Assembly: GCF_006345805.1 (NCBI RefSeq)
Contig: NC_043001.1
Location: 75,454,001 to 75,518,000 of the forward strand
Origin: Octopus sinensis
Taxonomy: Eukaryota
Direction of reading: 5' to 3'
DNA length: 64,000 bases
The notes under the pieces were generated by a model. It did no database searches. It saw only the letters and a program-made list of their open reading frames with translations, and had not been told where the DNA came from. The stretch's first letter is position 1; each line of letters opens with the position of its first letter. Position numbers and translations under genes: made by a program. Positions 25,345 through 37,420 of the stretch are shown here, piece by piece.

Positions 25345-25680
25345 ACCTTTCATTCTTTGCTTGTATCTTACCATCTTTGCTTTCCTTGCAACGAGGCGCT
25401 GCTTCATTTCCTACATTACCACTTTCAGGCTCTTTCTTTCAATATTATACTTCCTTTTCTGTGCCCTGTATCTTTGTTTGCTTTTAAGCTCCGCTTTCCC
25501 TTTTCGGTCTAACACAGAAATTTCCTTCGAGAGCATATCTAAACCTGTTTGTATTCTTCTTTTCCACCATGGATCTTTTCTTTTGTCACTCCCATTACAC
25601 TTCTTTTTCTTGTCATCAGTACCCACATTTTCTGCTACAGCAATACTTGCTGCCTTGATCAAGTTATTTGTTCTGTGGGA
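25345..25680 (-). mobile_element. Inverted second copy of the same R4/Dong segment
   Basis: Minus strand encodes AASIAVAENVG…PWWKRRIQTGLDMLSKEISVLDRKGKAELKSKQRYRAQKRKYNIERKSLKVVM*EMKQRLVARKAKMVRYKQRMK. Arms 25155-25334 / 25473-25652. Confidence 0.9.
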
Positions 25681-26030
25681 TAAAGTTAAAATAATAGATA
25701 GAGAACACCACTGGAAAATACGGAAACTAAAAGACGGCAGCACATATGCTAGGACACAATAACGTCCTAAGCAGACCTGGTGTAGATATGAGTAGAATAT
25801 GGGAACCGATATTAAGGAAGGGTACAAAAATTTTATGTTTATAAGTCCTAAAATTTACTCTATAATTGCCCACGGGCATATAGCGTAATGGTGAAGAGCG
25901 CGGGCTACTAACCCCAAGATTACAAGTTCAATTCCAGGCAGTACTTTGAATAACAACAGCAAAAAATTCAGCCGAAAGAATTCAGAGTAAATCAGCCGAA
26001 GAGTTGTGCTATCAAAAAACAATAAGATGT
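25670..26030 (+). mobile_element. Penelope-like element 3' end: GIY-YIG C-terminus, then tRNA-like segment, then degenerate terminus
   Basis: IIDREHHWKIRKLK…AAHMLGHNNVLSRPGVDMSRIWEPILRK. tRNA-like A/B boxes at 25881-25935. atcagccgaagagttgtg…aagatg at 25991-26029 is homologous to the terminus at 38.6/39.0 kb. Confidence 0.65.
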
Positions 26031-26159
26031 GTGTATGTAATTATGCATGTATGTAATTATGTGTGTTTGTATATGTGTGTGTATGCATATGTATGTGTGT
26101 GCATCTGTATGTATATATTCTGCATATTCATGTGCTTGCATGTCCGTGTTATTATTATT

Positions 26160-26192
<33 letters not shown>

Positions 26193-27289
26193 TTGCCAGC
26201 TCACCTTCAGGCGTGAGCTGGCAGATTTGTTAGTACGCCGGACAAAATATTTAGCGGCAATTCGTCCACGTCCGTACGTTTCTGATTTCTACTACTACTG
26301 CTGCTGCTGCTACTACTACTACTACTAATTCTACCACCACCACCACCACCACCTACTACTACTGTCTCCGTCATCATTCTCATCACCAATTAATGAAGAA
26401 GCCAGACGAAGAAGTTATGAATAAATCTAACTCAATAAGAATTAACATTTAAAAGTGCAACTGTCAATATCTATCGCAACGAAGGCTGTCTAGCGTCTGA
26501 ATACTATAATTGAAAGCATAGAAAAAAATGTTAAGAAATGATACTTTACACACGTTTACTAAAAGTGATGCTCTTATATTCTATCATCAGATTGGAATTT
26601 CAAGGATACATAAAGAGAAATAAATTTGCCTATAATTTCAACACAACTTCAGAACATTGATACATCATTATACCGGCAGACAAAATAAAGAGCCAAATAA
26701 GTCGTTGCCATTTGTTCTTTTTCTCTTAATTGTTAATCCTATATAATAGCTCTGTATATCCGCACCAATTTCAAAATATGTGGTCTAGTTGATGTGATGT
26801 TGAACCTTGCGATCATTATGTTGAAGTTTGAATTCCTGCAGCGGACTGCCCATGCCTCGTATCCTTGAGCAAAGTACATATTTTCGCGTTGAACCAGTTT
26901 ACTTAGCTGAAAATGAATACTATACGACTACTGCGCAGAATCTGTCTTCTTCTTCGATTTTACGCTGGACCAATTGTGGAAGGGTCACATTTACAGAGGC
27001 GCGTAAAACAATTAGCGAAAGCGTAGTACAAGCTATCATATCGCGCACAGTTGAGAAAGGCCAGCGACTATAGAGACATCTAAAACAAATGTCGAAACCG
27101 CTGCACGAGCGATCATGTCATACTTACATATGAGTATTATTGATTAAGATATTCACTCCATATACATCCGGATTTGAAATCTGCTATTCTTTGGTGTCTT
27201 TTATCCTACCATTCTTATCAAACAATCCCACCTCCATGTCCAGTATTCTCAGTCTTTGCGAATAATATAACATAATCCAAATGTAAAAT

Positions 27290-28390
27290 TAGTTTCAAAT
27301 TTTGGCATAAGGCCAACAATTTCGGGGGATGAGCTAAGTCGATTACATTGACCTCAATGCTCAACTGGTACTTATTTTATCGATCCCAAAAGGATGAAAG
27401 GTGAAGTCGGCAGAATTAGAACTCAGAACGTAAAGGCGGACGAATAGATGCAGAGCATTTTGCCTGTCGTGCTAACAACTCTGCCAGCTCGCCGCCTTAA
27501 AGCGAAAGTATGGTACAAGCTATCATATCACACGGTTGAGAAAGACCAGCGATTACAGAGGAACCTAAAACAATGGTCGATGAGATATTGATGAATAACA
27601 GGTTTCATGTGTCACCCTGGTAAGCGCTACCATCCACGGTATTGTAAGCATTCCATCCTGATCTCCATTCAAACGATAACGTCTTTTCTTTTTCCCAACC
27701 ATACCCGAGCACACTGAAAATGAACACTAAAATACTCTATCCCACACTGGTGAAGTCACAAAAAGACTGTATAATACAACTTGTGTTATATTATACAACG
27801 AATAGTTGCATTTAGATTAATAATCTTTTCTACCAAAGGTAAAGGCCAAAAAATTTTGTAGGTGCATCGATCCCACAGCTCAAATGATACTTATTTGCTG
27901 ACCCTGACAAGTAAAGTCAAATTTGGTGGAATTTTTATTCAGGAGGTAATGAGCCAGAAGAAATGCCGCTAACCCTGTTACCCGACGTGCTTACGATTCT
28001 GCTCACTTGCCACCTCTTCTTATTTAGATTAATAATGGCTACAAATTTCGGCACAGGTCTACCAAGTTCGGAGTCGGAACAATCTAAAGAATGACGAAAT
28101 GCCGCTAGGCATTTTTCGCGGCGTGGTAACGATTCTGCCAGCTCGCCGCCTCTCATTTAGATTAATAATCCTTTCTAATATAGGTACAAGGCCTGAAATG
28201 TGGGAGAGGGGATAGTCGATTACATCCACCCGAATACACAATTGGTACTTATTTTATCGACCCCGAAAGGATGAAAGGTAAAGTCGACCTCGGCTGGATT
28301 TGAACTCAGAACGTAAAGACGGACGAAATGCTGCTAAGCATTATGTCACGCGCGGTAACGATTCTACCAGCTCACTGCCTTCAATTAAAT
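27290..28390 (-). mobile_element. Cluster of at least four family-B SINE copies
   Basis: Repeated reverse-complement bodies ending ccagctcgccgcc. Three are separated by atttagattaataat (27810, 28022, 28155). Confidence 0.85.
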
Positions 28391-28519
28391 TAATAATGAC
28401 AGACATTATGTTAAGGAATATAGCCAATGGCATCCAGAGAAAAATCATTTGAGGATGTGACTGACATTTATGTATGCAATATTCAATTTTAGTATCTGTT
28501 TATTCGCTTATGCGTACCA

Positions 28520-28800
28520 TAACTTTTGGCAAAATAATCTTCTCTAGTAAAATTGATTGGAATAATGTATACACAGAGAAGCTTTTGTCTAAAATAATTG
28601 TTAATTTATTTCTAGATCTACAACTCTGAAAACGGAAAAAATGTTGCAGCTTATTTTGCCGATACTCAAAAGAAAGTTTCATCCTTTCATGAAAAGAACA
28701 TAATTTGCGATTGTATATACGAAACATTGATTGGAAAAATGAGAAACGTGAAGAGTTATTAACATAGATGGACATAAGCTGAATACATACTTGAGAAAAT
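28520..28800 (+). mobile_element. Decayed CR1-type RT fragment
   Basis: KSFCLK*LL…ENGKNVAAYFADTQK resembles 'RSCLSQLL…GKNVDVVYLDFAKAFD'. Confidence 0.45.
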
Positions 28801-28859
28801 AGGAGCAAGGGAATTAAATATGAAAAACTGAAGTTTCTGATAAGACGAAAGAAAGTGTA

Positions 28860-28863
28860 TGTT

Positions 28864-28918
<55 letters not shown>

Positions 28919-28985
28919 GTGAGTGAGTGAGTGAGTGAGTGAGTGAGTGAGTGAGTGAGTGAGTGAGTGAGTGAGTGAGAGAGAC
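28860..28985. repeat. Compound (GT)n-(GA)n-(GAGT)n microsatellite
   Basis: Directly visible. Confidence 0.97.
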
Positions 28986-29352
28986 AGGTAGACAGAAAAA
29001 GAGTGAGAAAGGACAATAAGGTGGTTGATGGGAGGGTAGTTAGAGATCATAAAACTCAAGGCTGCTGTAGTAGCAATGTACATTCATTACATATGAGGCG
29101 CACGCATGTGTTTAGGCGTGTAATATGCATATTTCCTTATATATTTGTACCAGTAGGCTTTTTCAGTGTAGCTATGTTCAGACATATGGGATAGCACTGT
29201 CTGTTGTGTATAATGTTAAACACAATCACATAAATAATACATACATATATGTATATATTTGTGTAAATCCCTATATACATACACACACGCGCGCGTGCAC
29301 ACATACGCACGTGCACACACACATATAGATACATATCTATGTATATATGGAG

Positions 29353-29434
<82 letters not shown>

Positions 29435-29459
29435 TGCTTCTGCACATGTACAAATCAAT

Positions 29460-30330
29460 GTGGGGCTGGACACCGTAAATGTAAGACGTGTTTTTGAAAG
29501 CCGTCTTAAGTTGAAGACTTTTGAATACTCAGCGGTAAGGTAAGAATTTTGGGGGTCTAGTGGGGACCTGTTGTATGTTGCAAATTATTTTTACAAGCAA
29601 GAAGTCCTCACTAGACTCTGGTCTACCTGAGGCTGAGTGAAAATATTCACTTAATTGTGAAAATTATTGGTTTGGTGGGCGTATCCTGCCAAACTTTCGT
29701 TTGAAAATAGTGTTAAATTTTGGCTGTAACGGTGAATTGAGAATTCTTCTTGTGGGAGTATCTCGCAAGAAAATTATAAGAATAAGCCACTTTTGGATTA
29801 CGTGGCGTTCGACGTGACGCTTGGGCTGAAGGAGCTCAATGAGGATTATAGCTTGGTCCCGGGCGACGCTAACACGGAACTTGATTACATTCTGAGGGAG
29901 GCGTGGTGGATGGCGGAGGGTGCGGGCACAAGTTATTTTGAGGACGAGTCATAAATTGTGATACGACTTGAGGGGCCCCGACCTAGAGCTGGCGCATTCC
30001 TAAGGGAAGTGTAAGCCAGGTCTGGGAGGAGGGGCATTGTGTATTGTATTTATATCATATATAATTATTGAACTATGTTGTTGTTAGTAATGGACTGTTA
30101 AGTCAAAAAATTGAAAAGTTGTAAAAATTGTAAGAGGTTTAATACCTCGTTTTGTGTTTGTTTTTAAAAGAACTATGTTTTAGAGAAGCAGGAGTCGGCG
30201 GGCGCTTTTTGTCTTCTCCCATCCCCATCATCATTCATTTCATTATCATTCATTTCATTAATGTCCTCGTCCAGCCCGCAAAGCTAACTTACTCTATGTA
30301 CTGCCTTTATGGCAAATGTTATGAAATAAA
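29460..30330 (+). mobile_element. Probable L1/Tx1-type LINE 3' fragment with GC-richer 3' UTR
   Basis: Decayed coding-like stretch followed by a UTR ending gaaataaag. Family call rests only on recalled resemblance. Confidence 0.35.
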
Positions 30331-30334
30331 GTAG

Positions 30335-30705
30335 ATTGCTTACCAACCCATAGTTTTGGGTTCAGTCCCACTGCATGGCACCTTGGGTAAGTGTCTTCTA
30401 CTATAGCCTCGGACCGACCAATGTCTTGTAAGTGGATTTGGTAGACGGAAACTGAAATAAGCCCGTCGTATATATGTATATATGTATGTATGTGTGTGTA
30501 TATGTTTGTGTGTCTGTGTTTGTTCCCCCAACATCGCTTGACAACCGATGCTGGTGTGTTTACGTCCCCGTCACATAGCGGTTCGGCAAAAGAGACTGAT
30601 AGAATAAGTACTAGGCTTACAAAGAATAAGTCTTGGTGTCGATTTGCTCGACTAAAGGCGGTGCTCCAGCATGGTCGGAGTCAAATGACTGAAACAAGTA
30701 GAATA
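30335..30705 (+). mobile_element. Near full-length SINE family A
   Basis: Collinear with 21404-21820. Confidence 0.9.
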
Positions 30706-31789
30706 GAATATATATATCTATATATCTAAGTTTCTCTCTCTCTCTCTCTCTCTAATATATATGTACACATATATGTGGATTTAAACACTGGGAGAGAGCC
30801 GGGACTCTTCAATTTCGGCGGGTCCAACTTTCACAGGAAATGAATGTCAAAACAAATCACTAAATTTTCTTCTCAAAGTCCGTCCATTGCATGTAAGTGA
30901 AATTGGTAAGTCAGCACATAGAAAGTTTAAATGGATCTCATACAGAATACTGGATATTCTGTGCGAGGACATAATCTAAATAAAAGCGAAAAAAAAAACA
31001 AAAACAAAAGTGTCTCAGCAATAAAAGAGGAGAGGAACATTCATGTATATCCACATTGTTCAAGCCAGGCATGGGCATACTAAGCCAGGCAATTTACACA
31101 TACCTCGTTACACTTACATCTAAGACAGATAAGTAGGCATGCAATCAAAGTCAATCATATATTAACAGAAAAGACTTCAAGCGATCAATAGCAAATCGAG
31201 GATTAAGTATTTCGTTTCCATAAAATAATTTTTCTTGAAAATAATATTTCAATTACATAGTAACAGAGAAGATTCACAAATGCTTCAGAAAATAATAGTT
31301 TGCAAAGGAATTGTGTAAGACATGAATCCCTCTAAACTTCAAATAATCATGTGGTTATAGTTGAGCTTACACATCTACTTTCACTTTCGTTCATTAAAAT
31401 GGCGTCTGCCTATATAACAGTTCAAATCATTTTGTGAGGGAAGATGGCATTTTGGTTTGCAATTAAAATGTTAGTGAGGTCCTTTAGTTTATTTTTAGAT
31501 TTGGACTTTTTTCCTATTTTTTTGTTTCCTTTTTATTTTGTTAAATCTACCTCTTTACGACTAGGAACTTATGGTAATTACACCTCAGATGAAATAAGAT
31601 CTAATGAACAAGAGTTAGCTGAAAATTGCTGGTCACAGACAACCTGAAAGCTATAGTCTCAGAATAGCACCAGCAACAGTGACAGGCGCTAAATTAGTAT
31701 CATCAGTGAAATAGTTTTGTTAGAGTGGAAATGGTTTGGCAAACAGAATCAGCCAAATTTATATTTCCATTTAAGCAACAACATGAAAA

Positions 31790-32395
31790 TAGTGGGTTGA
31801 GTCAAAAGTTTTGCAATACTTCAGTAAATTATTTGCTTTATTCGTCAAATTACGCCAAAAGCAAACTAGCATTCAAAGTAAAGACCATCGTATTGCACTG
31901 ACTGAAGCCACCTTCCTGTTATTTCTTTGATCCCACGCTGATACCAGTTCTTGTCCTTCGAGGCAAAGCACTCCTTCATTGAAGCTTGCACCTCCTCTTG
32001 TCTGATGAAACGTCGCAAGCGCAGGAAGTGAGCCATGAATCATATCAAATAATAATTCGATGGAGCTAGGTTTGGACTATATGCTGGGTGTAGTAGTGCG
32101 TCAATTCACTCAAGTTCCTGGAGTTTATTTCAGGTTGTTCGACCGGTATGAGGTTTTGTGTTGTTTTGTTGCAGAAGAGCTCGCTTTTTGTTAACCAACG
32201 CCGGCTGTTTTTGCCGCATAATGGCATACATCCGCTTCGACTTTTCAGAGTACAGGATGGTACCGACCATCTGCAACGAATTTGTAGTGAATTATCCCCT
32301 TATAATTCCACCAGGCACAGAGCATCACCTTGTGTTTTAAACGCCCATGTTTGGCGACAGTCTCCTGAAGCTGACCCTTGCTGAACAACTGTCTA
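31790..32395 (-). mobile_element. mariner (DD34D) 3' half with TIR
   Basis: KHKVMLCAWWNYKGIIHY…LLQQNNTKPH…LHPAYSPNLAPSNYY…WYQRGIK…DGLYFEC. TIR tagtgggttgagtcaaaagttttgcaata at 31790-31818. Confidence 0.9.
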
Positions 32396-32409
32396 TGCAC
32401 GTTAGGAGT

Positions 32410-34362
32410 GCAGAAAAATATATCCCTCAGATTATTACTTGTCCCTATCGCTGGCTCATTTCCTGAACTCGCGACGTTTCGCCAACCAAGAGGAGGTGGA
32501 AATTTCAGTGAGGGAGTTTTTTGCATCGAAGGGAAAGAAATGGTATCAGCGTGGTATTAAAAAACTGGCAGGAAGGTAGTTTGAGAGAAGGTGCAACACT
32601 ATGGTCCCTACTTTGAATGCTAGGTGGCTTTTGTTGTAACCTGACGAATAAAGTAAACAACACTATACAACAAATTTCAGGGTAAAAAACAACAGAGTTC
32701 CCATGCACATTTTATTATGAAGTTAATTGTACTAAATCCGAATTTTATAACAAAAATTTCCCATCGCATCACATTTTCCTGTAAAAATTTATACCAATTT
32801 CCACGATACTATAAATTTATTTTGCCCCCAAAGTCAGATTAAATATGTCCATTGCAATTAATTCATAAATATATAATGAATCAGAATATGTTGTTAGCAT
32901 TATATAATGTATTAACTTACATTTTAGTATTTACTTCGTTTATAAGACGTCTCAGGTGTGTCACGCTTTATATTCCAGCAGAAGTCAGCCAGCATAGCTG
33001 GGCTCCATTTTCCCTTAAATCTGTTTTCCAGTGACGCTATATCTTGATAGAACCTCTCTCCATGTTCATCACTCATATCTCTTGCATTCTCTGTGAAGGA
33101 CAGATGAGAATGAAGAAAGTGTATCTTCAGTGACATACTGCATCCGAGATCTTGGTAGCACTTAGTTAGGATCTCCACTATATTCTCTCCCTGGGCCACT
33201 TTCCAGAAATCCTTTCCATACATCTTTTAATGCATGCCAGGCCGCTAGCTCGGTTTCATCTCTTGTCGCTTCGAAGTCCTCATCCGCTATAAGCTGACGA
33301 ATCTGAGGACTTACGAATACGCCCTCTTTAATCTTGGCATTACTGATTTTAGGGAAGATCGCCTTGACGTACTGGAAACATGGCCTGTTATGTTGCAGTG
33401 CTTTGGTAAATTGCTTCATTATGGCATCCAGGCGTCATAGTTTCCCGAGTATATGGCCATTCTGAGTATACATAATGTTCTGATCTGGTCCTACTGTCCC
33501 ACTTGCAAAGGAAGCACATAAACGTGGTGAATCTAGTTTGAAGCCTATTAAGTAGGGCTACTACTTTCAAGTTTGCACAAATTAGCCATTCTTGCTCCTT
33601 GTAACTTATTCCGTCTAGAATAAAAGTGAGGTTCTCATATGTCTCCCTTAAAATGACTGAGTGAGCAACTGGAACTGAAGGCATGGTGTTCCCAGTGTGC
33701 AACATAACCGCTTTTATGCTGTAAAGGGATGCATCTAAGAATAACATCTACTCATTTGGTTCATAGGTCAGCTCAAAGGCATTGAATAGGTCTCTGATAT
33801 CATTACAATAAGTCAATTTGTTTTCCAAAGTGAAGAATTGTTGTAGAACTGCGGAACACCTAAATTCTGTAGTTCGAGCATCTTTATCCAACAGGTTCCA
33901 TTGTTGTAGGCGTGAGGCCAGGACTTCACTCTGTTGCTTAGTAAATGTTAGATAATGAACTAGATCATTGAGTTCAGGCTGGGTGATGAGGTGTGGTTTC
34001 TTGTCAGATTTACCACGATTTTGGATCCATATAACTATAAAAATACTGAGTGTACTTTATAATTTTCATAGGTTAAGTTGAAAAATACCTTGGGAACATC
34101 CAATTAAAATTATATCAAAATATGTTCATGACTTTTAGAGTTGTGATTTCCGTCCCAATCCTGTTTGTACTCAATTCCTACGGAACCATCAGTGTATTTA
34201 ACGTAAGAGAGTAGTTTGCGAGAAACTGGCGGGTCACAGAGGGAAACGGATGTTATATTCGTGATCTACACACAAAATGCCCCTGGAAAAGGTAATTCTC
34301 ATTTCCGATTTTTTTCAATGTTATAGTGTAAAATATTGCAAAACTTTTGACTCAACACATTA
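32410..34362 (+). mobile_element. Second mariner 3' end in opposite orientation, split by the Chapaev3 insertion (32410-32660 + 34329-34362)
   Basis: SDYYLSLSLAHFLNSRRFANQEEVE…FFASKGKKWYQRGIKKLAGR…YFEC*. TIR tattgcaaaacttttgactcaacacatta at 34334-34362. Confidence 0.85.
32661..34328 (-). mobile_element. Chapaev3 (CMC superfamily) DNA transposon, internally deleted, transposase pseudogene ~32940-34010
   Basis: PHLITQPELNDLV…LASRLQQWNLL, LFLDASLYSIKAVMLHTGN, CFLCKWDSR, MKQFTKAL, IKEGVFVSPQIR, GCSMSLKIHFLHSHL…SDEHGERFYQDI…MLADFCW. Both termini begin CACTATA. Confidence 0.85.
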
Positions 34363-34816
34363 ACAATAACAACACATTGGTAGGCCAGCATCTCGGAAAA
34401 TACCATTTCGATTGGCATATAAGGAAACATGTTTTTGCACTTTTTAGTATAGTAATTGCTAGTGTTTGACGAACTGGATTGAAGATGACGAAAAATATAG
34501 AAAAAAAAAGAAAGAAAAGGGTTTTAATGAAAAACAATTTTAACAAGTCATATTCCAAAGTTCGAAAATAAAACAAAAGATGGTTTTACCTTTTGCGTGA
34601 GGTTATGCGTAAGAGATAACTTTTGAATTAACACTAAATTAAAAACTAATATTTTGGAAGCTGTCTTACTTTTTTTCTCGTAAATATGATCAGCCTACCA
34701 AAAGACTTCGATGTGAAACTGAATAATGAAGTTTAAGAATCACAATATAAGTGTGTGCGTGTTTGTTTTTTGTTTGTGTGTGTGTGTAGATGTGTGCCTG
34801 ATAGAATGAGTCTATC

Positions 34817-34865
<49 letters not shown>

Positions 34866-36899
34866 TGTATGTATGTATAAGTGTGTGTGTGTGCATGTGC
34901 GCACGTACCTGTGTATGTCTATTTTTGTGCTTACTCCCACCACTACTTGACACCCGGTCTTGGTTCGTATACGTCACCGTAACTTTGCGATTCGTCGAAA
35001 GAGACCAACAGAATAATAACTGCCAAGCATAAAAAAATCTAAATAATGGGATCGATTCGTTCGACTAAAATTCCTTAAGGTGATGCCCTAGTATGAACGT
35101 AGTCTAATGACTGTAACAAGTAAAAGATGAAAATATAAAACAAATTAGATTGGAATATGTTTGACATATTAAAATACATCGCTATTCTTATAATACACTG
35201 ACGTCAAAGTTTACATGAAAATCAAAAGGGTGAGTAATACTGATACAAAGAGAAAAAAAAACTGAGAAAGCAAACAAATGATTTAGCACTTCTGAAAGGT
35301 ATTGTAGGAAATAAACCGTATCATCTCTTTATACGTTTATTATAATAGATTAACTTTGAAAAGATTTGAATGGAGCTGTGGGTTGGGAATAAAAGCTAAA
35401 TTAAAGTTATTAGCTTTGGAAGATGAACATCCTGATGTTAAAAAAATGTGCTTCAGTATAACAAGTAATATCAAGGTATCGTGCTGGCAGAATCGTTAGC
35501 ACGCCGGGTAAAATGCTTAGAGAATTCAAATTCCACAGAGGTCGACTTTGCCTTTCATCCTTTCGGAGTCGATAAAGTAATTACATGTTGAACATTTGGA
35601 TCGATGTAATCGACTTACCCACTATCTCCAAATTGCTGGCATTGTGCCAGAGTTTGAACCAAATATCACTTTGCTTCTTAGGGTAGCGAGATGGAATCGT
35701 TAGCACGCCGGAGAAAATGCTTAGCGGCAAAGAAGACCACAATAAATCTCTTGTTTTGATATTGCTGAAATAGAATTATATGAAGAACTATTCGACCCAT
35801 TGTTTCTTATTTTATTTCTTTAACCCGGCGACAACATTTTACTTACAGAAATGAAGGGCTCTACAATGTACCAGCTTTGGTACATTCAGTTAGCATTTCA
35901 ACATACTCTGCATGGCAAAATTGATACAAATTTCGGCACAAGGCTAGCGATTTTCGGGGAAAGGAGTTAGTTGATTACATCAACCTCAGTGTTTGACTAG
36001 TTTATTTTATTTTATCTTATTTTATTTTATCTATTCTGAAAAGATGAAAGGTTAAGTTGACATTAGGGTGATTTGAACTCAGAAAGTAAAGACCCGAAAG
36101 AAATGCTCTTCAGCATTTTGTCTGACGCACAACGACCACTCCAATTCGCCACCTTCAAAATAATATATACCCCACTTTACAAATACTACAAAAGAAAGAG
36201 CTATGTTCACTGAAGACACATTTCATATAACAGCACATGTGATTTAAACCTATAGGAATGCCAACCACAAGAATGCTTAGAGTATACAGAAGCAAACTCT
36301 GCAAGGAACAACACAATAAAAACATGTTCGACTGTAAGTAATCGTGATCTATTTGGAATAACTGCTTGAAAGTTTATTGCATGGTGGCTGGATTTATATC
36401 TAATTTGGTGAAGAATGAATATTCACTGGTTGATTAATTAGGAGACTCACGTACGCAGTAAATGTCTTTAAATTGATAAGCCGTGTATTTGTTAATGCTA
36501 TTAAACTTTATCAGATTTTCGGTTTCTCATTGATTTCATTGATGCAACAGGGATGCGTATCGATAGGAGAACAGTATGGATTGATAAATCTGTTGATACA
36601 AGTAGATGAGAGAAAGCTGGATGAAAAGTAAAGAGATGTTCCTGGATGTTTAAAGAGTTATAACTGATTTAACGAAACTAATTACAAATGAACTGAACGA
36701 AGCAGTGAAATGTTAAAGCATAACAACTTAGACATAAACAACTTAAACAAGTAGAGAAACTTTTGTAAATGCAAAGCCGTCAAAGTACAGGGTATCATCA
36801 AAGTGACTTCTTACATACATGTACACATACACACATTCATATGTGTATAAGTATACACATATATGTGTGAGTGTGTGTACATACACTCACATACGTACA

Positions 36900-37095
36900 C
36901 ATACAAACATACATACATTCATGCATGCATGAATGCATACATACATACATGCATGCATACATACATACATGCATACATACATACATACATACATACATGC
37001 ATGCATACATACATACATACATACATACATACATGCATACATACATACATACATACATACATACATACATACATACATACATACATACATACATA
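36900..37095. repeat. (CATA)n/(CATG) microsatellite
   Basis: Directly visible. Confidence 0.98.
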
Positions 37096-37269
37096 CCAAA
37101 ATACCATGTTGCTTGAGGCTTGGTTCCAAGTTAGAAACCGGCTCTTTCTCTATTAGCAAGAAATCTTGAAATAAAATTGAATAATGACATACATACATAC
37201 ATACATGCATACATGCATACATAATGCACACAGATATGTGTACACACACACACACACACACACACATAC

Positions 37270-37420
37270 ATATACAGGATGCGCGCTGAAAAATTCCTGT
37301 CTTTAAAGGTGTCGTGAAAGGCCTGGTTTAAGTTACGAGTTCTTTTACAGGGCTTATATATGAAAACTGAAGGATCGCTGCGTAAATGTGAGAATCTGAA
37401 AGGGCAATATGCAAGTTAAG
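37270..37420 (+). mobile_element. mariner-derived MITE fragment
   Basis: tacaggatgcgcgctgaaaaattcctg TIR-like start. gaaaactgaaggatcgctgc…gtgagaatctgaaagggcaatatg resembles a mariner C-terminal 'KL..R..KC..L.G.Y' remnant. Confidence 0.55.

Noticed and set aside
35845-35905. Minus-strand 61-nt exon candidate (cag|…|gtaagt)
   Set aside because: All three frames contain stops and no linked exons were found.
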